Assembly: GCF_006345805.1 (NCBI RefSeq)
Contig: NC_042997.1
Coordinates: 24,676,001-24,740,000, forward strand
Direction: 5' to 3'
Source: Octopus sinensis
Lineage: Eukaryota
DNA: 64,000 nt
This document shows, piece by piece, positions 63,388-64,000 of this stretch (its first letter is position 1; each line of letters begins with the position of its first letter). The translations under genes and the position numbers were made by a program. A model generated the notes under the pieces. That model had not been told where the DNA came from, ran no database searches, and worked only from the letters and a program-made list of their open reading frames with translations.

Positions 63388-63874
63388 GGAGAGAGAGAGA
63401 TAAATGTGTTTGTGTATATGTGTGTATGTGTGTGAGTAGAAATATCACAATCAGGATATTACGATCCTCATCAAAGCCACCGGTGGAATTTGAAAATTTG
63501 AGGATTATTGACGCTATCCTCTTTAATAAACTAAATCCTTTCCCCGACAACTGTGCCGTGCTAATTCACTAATCTGCGCACGTCGCAACCCTCACGTCAC
63601 TTTCGCATATCTGTACCGATCACTTTTAAACTGGTTCTTCATATTTTTTCTTACTCGGAAAATTAAATTCATTTCTTTCTGGAGAGAAGATTTTTAAAAC
63701 CGAATTGTAGAAATGCAAGTAAAAAATGTAAACATTTGTTGTAGTTTTACTTTCGCTTTCACGCTTATTTCAATAACGTATTGCACTGGCTTTCAGAAAA
63801 TATTTTTTAATTTATGAGTTTATTTTCGTATACAGTTAGACGTATCAGTGTTTATAGCTATATCTTTATTTATA

Positions 63875-64000
63875 CTCTTTACTCTTTTACTCTTTTACTT
63901 GTTTCAGTCATTTTGACTGCGGCCATGTTGGAGCACCGCCTTTTAGTCGAGCAAATCGACCCCGGGACTTATTCTTTGTAAGCCCAGTACTTATTCTATC
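63875..64000 (-). mobile_element. SINE family B 3' part, runs off the window end
   Basis: (CTCTTTTA)n tail and B second-half sequence. Confidence 0.9.

Overview
This is eukaryotic, AT-rich, repeat-dominated DNA. The SINE families and microsatellite load look like an octopod cephalopod (Octopus) genome; that assignment comes from recognising the repeats, not from a search. No host protein-coding gene can be called with confidence, only a few candidate small exons. Most ORF-track entries are microsatellite or SINE artefacts. The window holds about 35 tRNA-headed SINE copies built from shuffled modules (labelled here A, A', B, C, D, E), two 5'-truncated CR1-type LINEs, a Dong/R4-type LINE end inserted in (TAA)n, several Penelope-like (PLE) remnants, a fold-back mariner, a Tigger-like MITE, four non-autonomous Helitrons, a 94-bp hairpin tandem array and a polypyrimidine minisatellite. 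Two candidate systems stand out. (1) A 1.65-kb ORF1-only retroposon (gag-like, CCHC knuckle, Tx1-like) shares its 3' terminus with SINE A and is inserted in a SINE A head. SINE A itself integrates at GGTAT-like sites, including the one in its own head, and builds tandem arrays. (2) A 180-bp TG..CA element (2 copies) carries on its minus strand all conserved hammerhead core nucleotides, with stems I, II and III in exact register but in a non-canonical, pseudoknotted strand order. All structures and alignments were done by eye and need computational and experimental confirmation.
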